Shown: positions 24,289 to 36,617 of the stretch, in pieces
Position numbering within the stretch: the stretch's first letter is position 1
How the letters are laid out: every line of letters starts with the position of its first letter
Assembly: GCA_051294905.1 (NCBI GenBank)
Contig: CM119372.1
Coordinates: forward strand, 3,164,001-3,228,000
DNA length: 64,000 nucleotides
Source: Botryllus schlosseri
Lineage: Eukaryota
Direction of reading: 5' to 3'
The notes under the pieces: generated by a model
What the model was told of the DNA's origin: nothing
The model's database searches: none
The model's input: only the letters and a program-made list of their open reading frames with translations
Position numbers and translations under genes: made by a program

Positions 24289-27200
24289 GCCCAGAACAAC
24301 CTTTGCATAAACGCCTCGAAATCGCAATTGCTGACAGTTAATTCAAAAAATAACCTAACCGTTAATATCGCTGGTCAGCCCGTTTCCAACACAGATAATG
24401 CCAAATATCTCGGAGTTTTACTGGACTCGAACATGTCCTGGAAGAGTCATATTCAGTCCCTAGAAACTAAATTATCACCGAAGTGCGGCCTGTTCTACAG
24501 CCTTGGGCGCTTCATGCCAGCATGGGTTCTTCTGATACTCTTTAAATCCTTAATCCAATCGAAGTTACATTATGGCATCCTCTGTTGGGGGGACTGCCAG
24601 TAAAACTGCACTCAAGCCACTGCAGAAACTACAGCATAAAGTGCTCCGAATCATAGCTATAGGGCCCCAAAGGGGCCTGGCTGCCCATCCAATAAGTCGC
24701 TGCTGAAGAGATTCGGCGTCCTAAACATAGAAGATATGCGGAAACTAGAAATCGCCAAGTTTATGTATCAGTTTCACTGCGGTCGTTGCCCCGAATATTT
24801 CGATGACTTCTTTACCTCTGAATCAAAAGCGCACAAGTACAACACACGCGCGTCCACGTCGTCCAAATATCATATGATCGACCGAAAAGATCATCGCTCC
24901 ATCAAATATGCCGGACCTGATGTGTGGAACAGTATCCCGCCGGCCATCCGACCAGGGCTGTGGAGTCGGAGTCGGAGTCGGTGGAGTCGGAGTCGGAGTC
25001 GGGGTAATTTTCGCTTGATGGAGTCGGAGTCGGAGTCGGAGTCGTGAAAACTATAATAGCTGGAGTCGCAGTCGGAGTCGGAGTCGTGGGGAAAATACTG
25101 ACTGGAGTCGGAGTCGGAGTTTGGGAGAATGACCCTGACTTCGACTCCGACTCCGACTCCAACTTCTCTATCATGAAAACATTTGCTTTCAAAGAATTTT
25201 CAATGGAACTTTTATGTACCACCAATCACTGTTATCAATAACCATACAGATCAGGTGCGGCCAGCCCGAGGCACGCAGGCCAAATCTGGCACTCGAGAAG
25301 GTTGGGTGTGGTCTGCGAGGTAATTCTCGAAATTATTTATGACATCAGGTACAATTGCAAGGCCATCCAAAATTTGATTAACATGACCGCAAAATTTAAT
25401 GATAACTAAAACAACAGTTCTGACGCATTGACGTATCCAGGGGCCAGCCACATTTATCCCAGATCTTCGTTAGTGACCATAAAGTAGAAAATTTCATAGC
25501 AGATTTATTTGACTTCAAATTTTTCTCGGTACGTCGCATGATTCATTGTCACTAGATTTCTTGCATTCAGTATTCGAGCCCCCTTCTGAAAATTATAAGT
25601 ATATATTATTCACAGAATTGAGTCTAACTATATTCCCAATTAGGAGATAACGTGTCGTCCAACATACGGCTTCGCTTGTGCACTCGCAGCGAGATCGTTG
25701 ACAAAACATTTGCACAAAATGATAGAGGCATGTTCACTGATACCGTCGATTTTGCTATGTCTAAACGTCGAATAATCCTATCCTTGCCAAATGAGCCCAG
25801 TGGTATACAGATGCTACCCCCAATGTATGTTAGCAACATATTTATTGATATAATTCAGTCATTATCTTGCAAAAAAATTTCGCGCTTTGCGCGACCAGGG
25901 CCTGATTGCGCACTGCACAGTTGCATAACATATTGTTATCAATTTTTTGAGCGTATTGATATGAGTCTTGTTTGCAATGTTAGCTAATTCGGTTCGCTCC
26001 TATCGGACGACTAAAAAAAGGTTATCAACATCTCAGTTGCCCACGCAATGATTCGCAAATCTCATGTGTCCCTTTGGCCGAAAAAGACATTACTTGCAAA
26101 TTACAACTCAGTTGCACAGGGGAAGAAAATCGCAATATGCGTTTTCGCGACGCAGTCAAAATTGATGCAATTTTTGGAGTTATACCATGATACTGTAACA
26201 GAGCAAATGCATCGGCTGGTTTTGTAAAATTGTAAAAATGATGTAAATTTGACCAAACGATGCTTCCCACTTGACAAAATTAAAAATATTTGTAGTGTAG
26301 CGCAGCTGTTTGGGTCGAACAAATGATTAAGAAAGACTGCAAGTCTCAATCCTTGAATACTTGATTAAGTACATGTAGACTAGACATAGGCTATGGTCTT
26401 TGACTACTTAACTAAATTCCATTTATGACCAATGTCTATTAGTAGTAAGAGTGTGTGTGCTTGTAATCAGTATAGTGTGAAATGACAAAATTAGTAGGTT
26501 CAATCTCTTTATTAGTTTCTGACTCATACACAAGAGCTACACTTGGATTTTTTATCTACATTTTTATTATACAGGATTGGATATCTGCCATATTTGAACA
26601 TTTCAGGATATTAGAGAGTCCATGTTATAAAAACTTGAAAAAGGAAGGATATTTAGCAAATCTTTCTTTCATGTTAATTGCATAGTGGATAATTCGAGCT
26701 GTGCCACAATGAAACAATTTAGCATGCCACCGTTAATCATATGTTTAATGGTTGTATGATAGTCATTCAACCGACAATGTGGCATATAATTTTCGAAGTA
26801 AATTGGTAATAATGCCGGAGTCGGAGTCGGGAGTCGGAGTCGGTACGTTTAAAGACCCAGGAGTCGGAGTCGGAGTCGGAGTCGGTATATTCAAAATGTG
26901 TGGAGTCGGAGTCGGAGCCGGAGTCGGTGGTAAAATTTACCGACTCCACAGCCCTGCATCCGACAGTCGACGAGCATGTCCACATTGAAGTCGAAATACA
27001 AGCAATTACTACTAAATAAATACAGTCCATCCTCAAGATTACCGGACCACGACTGACCTATCGATCTCGCTTCCCATGACATGCCGCCCAATTTCTTGTC
27101 GCATTCTTCTTCTATACTATCTTTTTTACTTTCATTCAGTGTGCATGCCTCCTCTTTACATCGCCTAGGCCAAGGTGGGTGTCAGATTCCATAGACTACT

Positions 27201-27309
27201 CCTTGTCGCTTCGACATCTTCCTGTCTTTTCCTTGTATCGCATTTTTGTGGTGTATTGAACTGATAAAATTGCTAATAAACCAATGATGACAATGAATGA
27301 TGATGATGA
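24289..27309 (+). mobile_element. 5'-truncated CR1/L2-group LINE (RT C-terminal region, frameshifted), split by a DNA transposon
   Basis: KYLGVLLDSNMSWKSHI...LIQSKLHYGILCWG, then HKYNTR...SIKYAGPDVWNSIPPAIR|QSTSMSTLKSKYKQLLL; (TGA)n tail. Confidence 0.92.
24953..26956. mobile_element. hAT element with (GGAGTC)n subterminal arrays
   Basis: TIR CAGGGCTGTGGAGTCGG / CCGACTCCACAGCCCTG, perfect TSD CATCCGAC. Confidence 0.93.
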
Positions 27310-29034
27310 CGTTAAAAAAGCTAGATTTTCCAGATTAGCAAGACACGTCATGGCCCATGGGCTGCTAGATTACGATATGATAGGTAATTGCTAGATTGCG
27401 AAACGGTAGTTTCAAACGTTATGGTGGGCCTTATTTACTGTGATGAAATATTTGACATGGGCGACAAAGCGGTGCGAGCGGAACCGAGCAATCCGGTACC
27501 TAAATTATATTCACTGATACTTTCGTGAAAACATATTTGGCACTCCATAACTACTGTACGCGAAGCGCAACAAAATTTCTGGGCTTTTCTTGACTTTTAT
27601 GAATAATAAATGTTGGTACTCCGTGAAAATAGCCCCGAAATTCCTCTGGCTATCTTTCGTATTGGGAGATTCAACTACTTCTACTTGACAAACTGAAAAT
27701 AGCGAAAAGTAAGTAAGTAGATCACAAAATATTACGAAGTAGAAGTAGAAGTAGAGAAAATCAGATATACTTGAGTAAGTACCAGAAGTAGAGGGAAACT
27801 ACTTGAGTACTTCCAAAAAGTAGAAGTACTTCGTTACTGACCACCTCTGTTCCTATTCCTAGTAGCGATTTCCAGGTAAAAGTTTCCCAAGTAAAAAGTA
27901 GCCTAAGTAAACTAAAAAAATGCGAAGTAGAAGTAAGAGTAGTCTAAAATCATAACCAATTAACCATCCACTAGAGGAAGTATTGCAAGTCACAGGCAAA
28001 ACTTGCTTGAGTAGCCTACTTCGAGATGGTAGAAGTACCTTCTTTTGAGTTCTTTACTGACCATCTCTCGAATACAGTAAGATAAATCAGTATATTATAA
28101 ATGCGTGGGATTCGTTTCACCTAAGCAGGGTTGTAAAAATGTCTGGCACATGACTTGAACTCGAAATCGAAACTGAACAAAAATAAACAGTATGACTTGG
28201 ACTCGCGCTCAAGTCTCAGCACTGAAATTCACACTCAACACCTTTACACTGATCTAGACTAGGAGTTGACTCGGTGGTGGTGACTCGAGTCTCGTCTTAT
28301 TGACTTAACTTGACTCGAGTGAAAACTAAAAAAGTAAGATGGACTTGAAACTCGGGCTTTATTGTGACTCTTTACAACCCTGGTGTACTCACCTTCATGT
28401 TGTCAAACTTGAATTTTATAAATGCCAGTTTCAATTACACATCATTATCGGGTACCGATAATGGTCTGCTGGCTCGTCAAAATTCCGTCACTGCTTTGAG
28501 GTGAGTGCTGACCGCACCTGTTCGAACTAACAACGGTGTCAACGCAGACTCCTGCGGTGCCATCGCAATTTCAGCGACATCGTTGCGTAATACCCAGCTG
28601 CGTGCCGCTGCAAAAGCACCGCGTGAGTCAGCGAAATTCGCGCGGTATAGATAGTCGTATAGTAAATAGGAAATTTTAGAGAAAAGTAGTCCATGGATTT
28701 CAGTTTTTTTGGGGAATATGATTTCTAACCCTATTCCCCGGGTGAATCTCGATGAAATTTGGTGCGTGTAGAGTTCTAGTGCCGTTGCATCGTGCGTAGG
28801 TGTCAAAAGTCCGTTACAGAATTGTTTTGAAACTCGCAAGCAAGAACGTGAATCAGCTGCGAGCTATTCGAGTTTTGAGAAGGATGATTCTAACCAGACA
28901 ACTAGATAATTCTGATTTCTAATTGAAGAAAAATGCTGGTAATCTAATTATATAATCTAATTACTGAAATGTTTCTTTGCTGTAATTCCAATATAATTTG
29001 TGAAATGTTTAATGCTCTAATTTTCTAATTCATG

Positions 29035-30304
29035 CACTACAAAAAAAAATTAGACAAATTTGGTCTCAAATTTAAGAAATGAGGATGATTTGGTCTCATT
29101 TTCAGCAATTTTGGTCTCACTGATGAATTGAGGTCTTAAAATTGAGACCGATTCAGCTTTTTAAGACCATATATAATTGTCACAATTATTTGGTCTTAAA
29201 AATAAGACCAATAAAACGCATCTTATAAGACATATTGTGCTTATTAAGACAATTTTTGCTGTGTCAGTATTTTTGGTCTTAAAATTGAGACCGATTCAGC
29301 TTTTTAAGACCAAATATAATTGTCACAATTATTTGGTCCTAAAAATAAGACCAATAAAACGCATCAAGACCAATAAAACGCATCGTATAAGACATATTGT
29401 GCTTATTACGACAGTTTTTGCTGTGTCAGTATTTTTGGTCTTGTTTTCAAGACAAATTTCGCTAATCAAGAAACGACATGATTTGTGGTCTTAAAAATGA
29501 GACCGGAAAGTTGACATGGGCCAGGAGTTCTAAGACGTAACTAGCTTATTGAGACAGTTTATGATGTCTAGCATATTGAGACAGTTTATGACGCATCAGT
29601 TTTTCTGGTCTTGTTTTCAAGACGAACTTTGCTAATCAAGAAACATCATGGTCCGTAGTCTTATAAATCAGAATGGAAATTGTCATGAGCCCTGAGCACA
29701 AGACGTAGTTAGGTTTATTTGACAAATTTTGATCCGTCAAAGGTCATTGCAAATACAATCTAGCAGTGACTTGAGATCGGAGAGCCAAAACGTATTTGGT
29801 GGTGCCATGTTTGTCCATTTCTCGTTGATCACATGTCACACTTCAAATAAGTCAAATACAGGATGCATTTGCACCAGAACAAAAATTCAAAGTACTGTAC
29901 CTTGTCACTTTTCACTGACACAATGGTGTTGGCACGTCGCACTCACCACAAATACTATTATATACTCAAACTACACTATATATTGTTTGGAGGATTGTAT
30001 ACAAATTGGTAAGTGTTATATAGAATGATAATGATATATAATGGGTAGGCTATATAATGAACTACGAATTCTGGTATATGTTATGCTTCCCTTCATGCAG
30101 AACCTAATAATGACATGAATACCCACACAGCACTCGTGGGCGACAATGGTCTTATTTTTCAGCATTTTCAGTCTCAATTTTGAGACGAAAAATCATTGTT
30201 AAGACCGATCAGTCTTTAAGACCGATTGGTCTTTAAGACATTTTTTTTCTAAAAAGTCACTTTAAGACCATAAGACCAAATTTGTCTAATTATTTTTTGT
30301 AGTG
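29035..30304. mobile_element. Non-autonomous CACTA (EnSpm/CMC)-like element
   Basis: TIR CACTACAAAAAA...ATTAGACAAATTTGGTCT / AGACCAAATTTGTCTAAT...TTTTTTGTAGTG, flanked by TG on both sides. Dense agacc/ggtct subterminal repeats and an internal ~140-bp tandem duplication. Confidence 0.85.
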
Positions 30305-31024
30305 TGGTTTTCCTGAAAATGCTACCGGACTCAGAGTCCGGGACTCTTATATGAGAACCGAGCCAAGGTGGCTGTACATAGTACGGACATTCACCATCAT
30401 CATGCTTATGATATGATAATGAACTCTCGTTTGGTATGGTATGAAGTATGAACTGAAATTGGTTTCGCAAACTCGGTAATTCTAATCTATTTCAGAAAGA
30501 GTTGTGTAGCTATAATTTTAATTCTAATCTGTGTGGCTATGTTTCTAATTTTAATATATATACAATAATTTGAAATCTGGAAAGGCTGAAAATCTTTCAG
30601 CTGTCCAACTCTTATTCTAACCCTATTTCCCCTACTGGTCTCAACAAAATTTAGTAGGCCTACAATTGAAGTTCTTTAATGCAGCTACGTCATGTGTAAT
30701 TGTCAAATGTCCGCTATAGAATCGTTTTCACGTTATCTGATATGAATCCAGCCGCGTCTAATGCAGTATTTACTAGCTTCTAGAGTTCTAGCTAAAGTTT
30801 TGAGGGTGGCTAGTAGCTTGAACCCAACAATTACCGGTATGCAATGCCTGTTATTCAAGTCTGTAAGATCAATTGAGCGAGATTTACTAGTAGGGCCTAT
30901 AGTAGATTCCGAAAAAGATTAATTCCTTTCCTTGATGATGTGTTAATAATCTCTGAGATTGCATCTCTGTTCGCAGCGTAGAAGACTCCTCTATCCATCA
31001 ATCTATATCCAATCTTATAGCAAT

Positions 31025-31552
31025 ATGTTAGCACCACGGATTATGCACTGTCGCGCACTCAACTTTTTGTCCCAGAGAAGTATAACTCAAACCCTTCACA
31101 GATGCAAGAATTTTTCGTCGATGAACTCTCCTTTTAGCGCCTTCACGCTCAAAAATCAACTTCCACATAGCAATATTCCTCGAAGAAGATGCTACTCTAC
31201 GGAGAAAATTGAAATCAATTTAATCAACCGTAAAGGAGAGAGGCTAGTTTTACAAGCTGCCCCCGATGATACCATCCTGGACGCTGTCATTGATAGTGGG
31301 ATGGATATTGAATCTTTCGGAGTATGCGAGGGAACTTTGGGTTGTTCAACTTGCCACGTGATATTGGACCAACCAATTTTCGAAATCATGGAGAAAATAT
31401 GTCCGCCTACTGCCGAGGAATTTGATATGCTTGATATGGCTTGTGGTTTGACGGAGACTTCCAGATTGGGTTGTCAACTGGAAGTTTCAAAAGACATAAA
31501 CGGTTGCACGATTAGAATACCTCAGGAGGTGTCAGATGCGAGAAACCTCTAG
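31025..31552 (+). CDS. FDX1: Mitochondrial adrenodoxin-type [2Fe-2S] ferredoxin, uninterrupted CDS
   Basis: GVCEGTLGCSTCHVI and SRLGCQ give the C-x5-C-x2-C...C ligand set. GTL matches FDX1 rather than FDX2 (ASL). Arg/Ser-rich N-terminal transit peptide. First ATG at 31025, 4 nt after an AG acceptor. Confidence 0.93.
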   Translation: MLAPRIMHCRALNFLSQRSITQTLHRCKNFSSMNSPFSAFTLKNQLPHSNIPRRRCYSTEKIEINLINRKGERLVLQAAPDDTILDAVIDSGMDIESFGVCEGTLGCSTCHVILDQPIFEIMEKICPPTAEEFDMLDMACGLTETSRLGCQLEVSKDINGCTIRIPQEVSDARNL

Positions 31553-32044
31553 CTTCAGCGATACACAATGTTGTATCGTTCACTTATGCAATTGCATCTG
31601 TTCAAAGCGGCGAATTTTACTATTTTTAGTAATATATTGAATTGCATTGTGTTAACATATTACTAGGAATTTAATGATTCCAGTGTAGTAGTGAGAGATG
31701 ATTTTTTTCCAGTTTCGTTAGTGAGATTGTACGTTCCGTGCCAGGAAGAGTAAATTTATCAACAATTATAGTTTCTACACTATTTTGTAATGTTGAACGC
31801 TGTAAACCTCAATTTGTTGTATCGCAGTATATGAAACTCTACAAAGCTACACATGTTTCTGGAAATGACATATCTGTGAAGTTGTCATCAACCCACAAAA
31901 TTGTCATGGAGTGCAATGAAATAGGTATGGTCGAACAAATACCAAATAATCTTTGATGTGATGTGGAACTGTTGTCGGATATAAGGCATATATTTGAATA
32001 TTGAACTTTCTGCATCATTCATACCGTTGCACTGTTATATTGAG

Positions 32045-32738
32045 CAGTGTTGGGATGACTCGAGTCACCTTTTTCGTATGACTTGACTTGACTTGGCGTA
32101 TCATAAATGAGGATTGACTCGTGACTCTGTGCAAAATTCACGAGCCAATTCGAAGTCGTAAAGTAATCGGCCTAGATAAAATCACTGTATCTTGCATATG
32201 TTCGGATCGTTCGCAAAATGCTGGTGTAACCCGTGAGTGTGATCAATCATTCAATGATCGTTTTATTGAGGCTCCTTTGTTCTCTCACAAATAAATTGAC
32301 CACAAACGAAGTGTTCGAAGCTTACAGTTAACGTTGTCGTAAACAAGTAGTAAAGTAATTTAATAGCAAAATATCTATTTCTGTTCTCTGTTCTTACCTT
32401 AACCAAACCTCTTGTTTTATTGCAAAGGAATTCGAATGTAGTTTATATACTCCTCAACCATTGGCGCAGACTCGAATTGTATCATATCAATATGTATAAA
32501 TGGATGGGTAATGTAGGCCTATTGCATCTTATCAATTCGTTTCTCTATTCTCTATTTTGGCAGGTAACTAAACTGAAGCTATGCAATTACGTAGTTTAAC
32601 GGTTCTACGTATATGTGAGCGATACAACACATTCTTGGGTGTATATTTAACTCAATTTTCGTTCATCGGATTGACTTGACTCGAATCTAAATGTGCAAGG
32701 ACTCGTGACTCGAAGGTAGTGACTTGATCCCAACACTG
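32045..32738. mobile_element. hAT MITE (gactcgagtc-rich; relatives ~17740-18207, 28126-28382)
   Basis: TIR CAGTGTTGGGAT / ATCCCAACACTG, perfect TSD ATATTGAG. Confidence 0.9.
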
Positions 32739-34359
32739 ATATTGAGTGATGCCCGAATACTCAACTTCAAAGCCTAATATTCCATTCAGAATTGAATCAT
32801 TCGGGGACTGGATTTTGTGCAGCCTTACTTATTACGTGAGGTCATGATTAGATTGAGAAATTGCTCCAAGCAATATATTCCGCGCATGTCAAATGGCAAT
32901 ATGAATCTGTCTTCTGTTACGTCTTTGAAGCGTAATTGATCAAATTAATAGCCCTTTGCTACAAATCCTCATCTCGGTTTGCACGATTTCATTGTAAAAT
33001 AATGAATCACAACTGATATTTGTTTTATATGCCGTGCGACTTATTTTGTGGACTTCTGTAAACTCGTTTGCCCACCAATGCTAATGCTTTGTTTGCTGAT
33101 ACCACTCCACTTTTAGATATTAGATAAATAGCTGAAAGATGAATGTTTCCCTAATTTGCCATGAATCACCATATTGCTTTGTCAGTGTGATGTAACTAAA
33201 AATCTGCACTGTCATCTCCACTTTTACAAAGTAGTATTGATAGCTTGAAGATTGGCAGTGTTTGCTTTATAGACGAGGTATCTTGGGAGGATTGGCTTAG
33301 TTTTTGAGCTGTTGGATGTATTTTAGTTGTCTGTAGTACAGCATTATCAGTAGCCTACTGACTTGCTTAATATTAGGCGGTAGACTTGAGCTGATATATC
33401 AAGATCGACGCATGAATTTTGTTGCAATTTTATCAATGCATGCATGAATTCGGTTGTAATGGGATCATTTACGTCAGATTGTCGAATATTTATACGGTAT
33501 GCAGCTCATTTTGTTGGACTACTCTCCTAATACCTGGTATGATTTTGCATTTGTAACGTGATGATTTTGAAACACAATAACCACTTCAACGCATAATTGT
33601 AGTATAACAAAGACCATATGGTGAAGGTGATATATTGTATTGTGTTATTAATTCTCAGTAAATATTAAACCTTTGATTCGGAGATTACATATTCACCAAT
33701 GGTAGTGTGTTAATTTTCAAAATCAGTTACCTTCTTGGAGACAATGAATGGATGTGTTTTAACATTTAGAAATCTAGTCTGTTAGCTTATATTGTTACTT
33801 TACGTCAACCTTGTACAATGCACATAGGTTTCCTATTTAATTAATACACAGCATGTTCTTTTAGGTTATTGTGCTGATACACATTTAGTCCATTGTGCCA
33901 TCCTGTGATTGATTATTGACACAAACAATTTAGCAAGACGATGCATTGGAATATTCTTTGTCATAACTCATAAGCAGCATTGTTTTCTTCATTACTATCG
34001 TATACATATTCATGTCTAGTGCCTTCTGTTTGCGTGTTGTGATGATTGGTGCTTGGTGGGTTTATTTTTGCAATGCCATATATAATACGGTAATTGTGTG
34101 TGGTTCTGTGATTGGTAAATAGCCGTTCCCTGTAAAAATAGTCCGATGTTTCCTGTATATTGCGAATGTTACCATAGTGAAACTATTGGCTGTTATATTG
34201 AATTGAGATAACGTTTTTGGAAAGTCGGTTCATAACAAATTGATTTAGATAATGGAAATATAGCTACCTTTCTTGATGAATTATCTTTTTTCATACCGTA
34301 TGTAATACTCTTTTTATCTCATATAGACATCTCATATATTTCTGTCAATATCATCAATA

Positions 34360-34383
34360 ATGGTGAAAGAAATCCAAACCAAG
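34360..34383 (+). CDS. TXN: Thioredoxin exon 1 (MVKEIQTK)
   Basis: 24 nt then donor GTAATG and a 60-nt intron. Same 8-codon first exon as vertebrate TXN. Confidence 0.9.
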
Positions 34384-34443
34384 GTAATGCTAATGCGATC
34401 TGCAAGTCATTCAAAAACAATTACGTTTCTGTTACTTGTTCAG

Positions 34444-34542
34444 GCTGAATATGAAGAAGCACTCGCGAGCAACGATATAGTCGTCATTGACTTCTCTGCT
34501 ACTTGGTGTGGGCCGTGCAAAATGATTGGCCCAAAGTTCGAA
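34444..34542 (+). CDS. TXN: Thioredoxin exon 2 (WCGPC active site)
   Basis: [33 protein letters not shown], bounded by cAG and GTAAGT. Confidence 0.97.
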
Positions 34543-34780
34543 GTAAGTGCGGATCACGGTACCTGGGAAATGTTCCAAAGTCTTCCCGTGTCGATTTGAT
34601 GCCAGCTGATGAATTGATCGCAACTCGCAATTTAGTTCTGGTCGACTAAAAAGTGCTATAGCATTGCCCTATGCGTTTTTGAAATAATGCTAGTAATTTA
34701 ACTTCATGTCTAGGAATTAGGTTTGGAACAAACAGTGCCTACTTTGAACAATGCTAAACAATAAACGAAGCAGTGTCAAC

Positions 34781-35348
34781 TTGGAGAAAGGTGGCGCAAC
34801 TAGCCCAGCAACGAGAAGTCAAAATAAACATTGTTTAGACCAGGGGCTGCCAACCTGTGGCCCGCGAGAAGGTTTCAAGTGGCTCGCGAGGTAACTCTCG
34901 AAATTAGTCATATTTGTAGAAAATAAATTACCCAGGTAATTTATTTTGAACTTGCAAGGACAACCAAAAATTTGATTAACCTGACTGCGAAATTTGGGAT
35001 GTTGATAACTAAAATACCGGTTCTGACGCATTGGCGTAGCCAAGGGGCCAGCGATATACAGACGTGACCAGCAATATATATTCAATTAGCAATATCATTG
35101 ACCAAATTCATTCATTGATTTCGAAAAATACCCGGGCCTTGCGCGAAATGTTCGCACACCGAGTTTTCATCACATAATTGTTAACGATTTTGTTGATGCG
35201 TAGTCAGGTAAGTCTAGTTTTCACCGTCCCCTAATCTGGTTCGCTTCTATCGGACAACTACAAATGGTCATCAACATTCAAATGGTGGCCCGTACAATGA
35301 TTCGTAAATCTCATGTGGTCCTTTGACCGAAAAGGTCGGCCACCCCTG
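34781..35348. mobile_element. hAT element in TXN intron 2
   Basis: CAGGGGCTGCCAACC / GGTCGGCCACCCCTG, perfect TSD GTTTAGAC. Confidence 0.88.
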
Positions 35349-36526
35349 GTTTAGACCAATGGTTTCTCACCCTGGTGACCGTGGAACCCCTTGTCGGTTT
35401 GTGGACTAGTTCTAAGGGGTCTATGAGAGGCCAATGTTAAAACTACTATAAAACTACATTGTCCTTTGTATGTGAACTGTGACTATTTCTGACATACGTC
35501 GTGGTGAAATCAAAGCAGCCGATGTCCACTTCTTCCAATTGATAGAAAATTAATTTTTTATGAAATTTAATCTGTTTTCGGCCATATTTATGTTTGGCTC
35601 ATTGTTTCAAAGTTCACCATAGACATTGGACAAGATACAGCCGAAAGAAAATGAAAGCTTTATATAAAGTTAATTTTCTCGAAATCTCAAAAATGGACAT
35701 ACTTGCTTTGATTCCATAGTGACAATTTTGTCTAATTTTCAATGCTCACCGTTGGTCACAAGTGGAGGTGATCGCTACGCTAGTAAAAAGGTTGAAACAT
35801 GGGTTTATGCCTTTATGCAAAGAAGAATAATTGTTTCAAGACAACTTCCATTGCAAAAATACATTTATTATAACTCAAAGACTTTCCGGGTACCGCAGAG
35901 CACAGCATGCAACATTTGAGTGGGAATCTTTCTTGCGCGGAAAGCTATAATGATGAAATGTTCGCTGTCATTGAGAGAGGGGTAATCCATAATTCATTGA
36001 AAAGTGTCGGAATCAACATTTATTCAGTTGACTAATCCCAGATTATGCAAGCGAAATGGTTTTCCGTTCAACTTACAAATCTCCCATTAGTTTGCTTTGT
36101 TTTATGTTGTCTGTTGATATATCTTCAGTTTGCTGTTATGATACCTTATGCTTCAAAGTATGTTGTTGCGATTGTTATAAGGCAAATTCCATGATCCATA
36201 ATTGTGATTGTATGCTCATACTTTGCCATATTGATTTCACTTCTGAATCAGTTTGAATCGTTCCAGTGTTCCAATAACTATCGATAAGAGACAACCGAAA
36301 GTTTTTGAGTTAAAATATATGAAAGCAATCTTCAATATATTTTTTCCGGAGCCGTTTTTGGGATATTCGTATCCAAATCTGGACTTTTTGAATCCAGAAT
36401 TAGGTAGAGATTTGTTGGGTTCATAAGTCTATACTTACCTTAGGTTTCAATATGACCCTTATATTCATTTGTTTCCCTGCACAAGCTAAATGAAGATACT
36501 GTAACTGCGTATTATCTCATCTGCAG

Positions 36527-36592
36527 GCAATGTCGCAAGAAGCTGAGTTTTCAAAGATCAAGTGCTTCAAAGTAGATGTTGATGAAGTTTCG
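36527..36592 (+). CDS. TXN: Thioredoxin exon 3
   Basis: AMSQEAEFSKIKCFKVDVDEVS, bounded by ctgcAG and GTAAGT, phase 0. Confidence 0.93.
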
Positions 36593-36617
36593 GTAAGTGG
36601 GCCCGAATCTCTATAGG

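Larger units (their letters stand above)
23541..27849. mobile_element. hAT element (aagtag-rich family) carrying nested insertions; uninterrupted sister copy 52921-54075
   Basis: TIR CAGAGGTGGTCA / TGACCACCTCTG, perfect TSD TTCCTATT. Colinear with 52921-54075 once 24289-27309 is removed. Confidence 0.9.

Noticed and set aside
24953..26956. (GGAGTC)n arrays and SRSRS/TPTPT/DSDSD/GVGVG ORFs as CRISPR-like arrays or repeat proteins
   Set aside because: These are hexamer subterminal repeats inside TIRs with an 8-bp TSD. There are no unique spacers, no cas genes, and the context is eukaryotic.
30959..31024. N-terminal extension of FDX1 in the ORF track
   Set aside because: It starts at TTG and crosses splice acceptors. 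The first ATG is at 31025.
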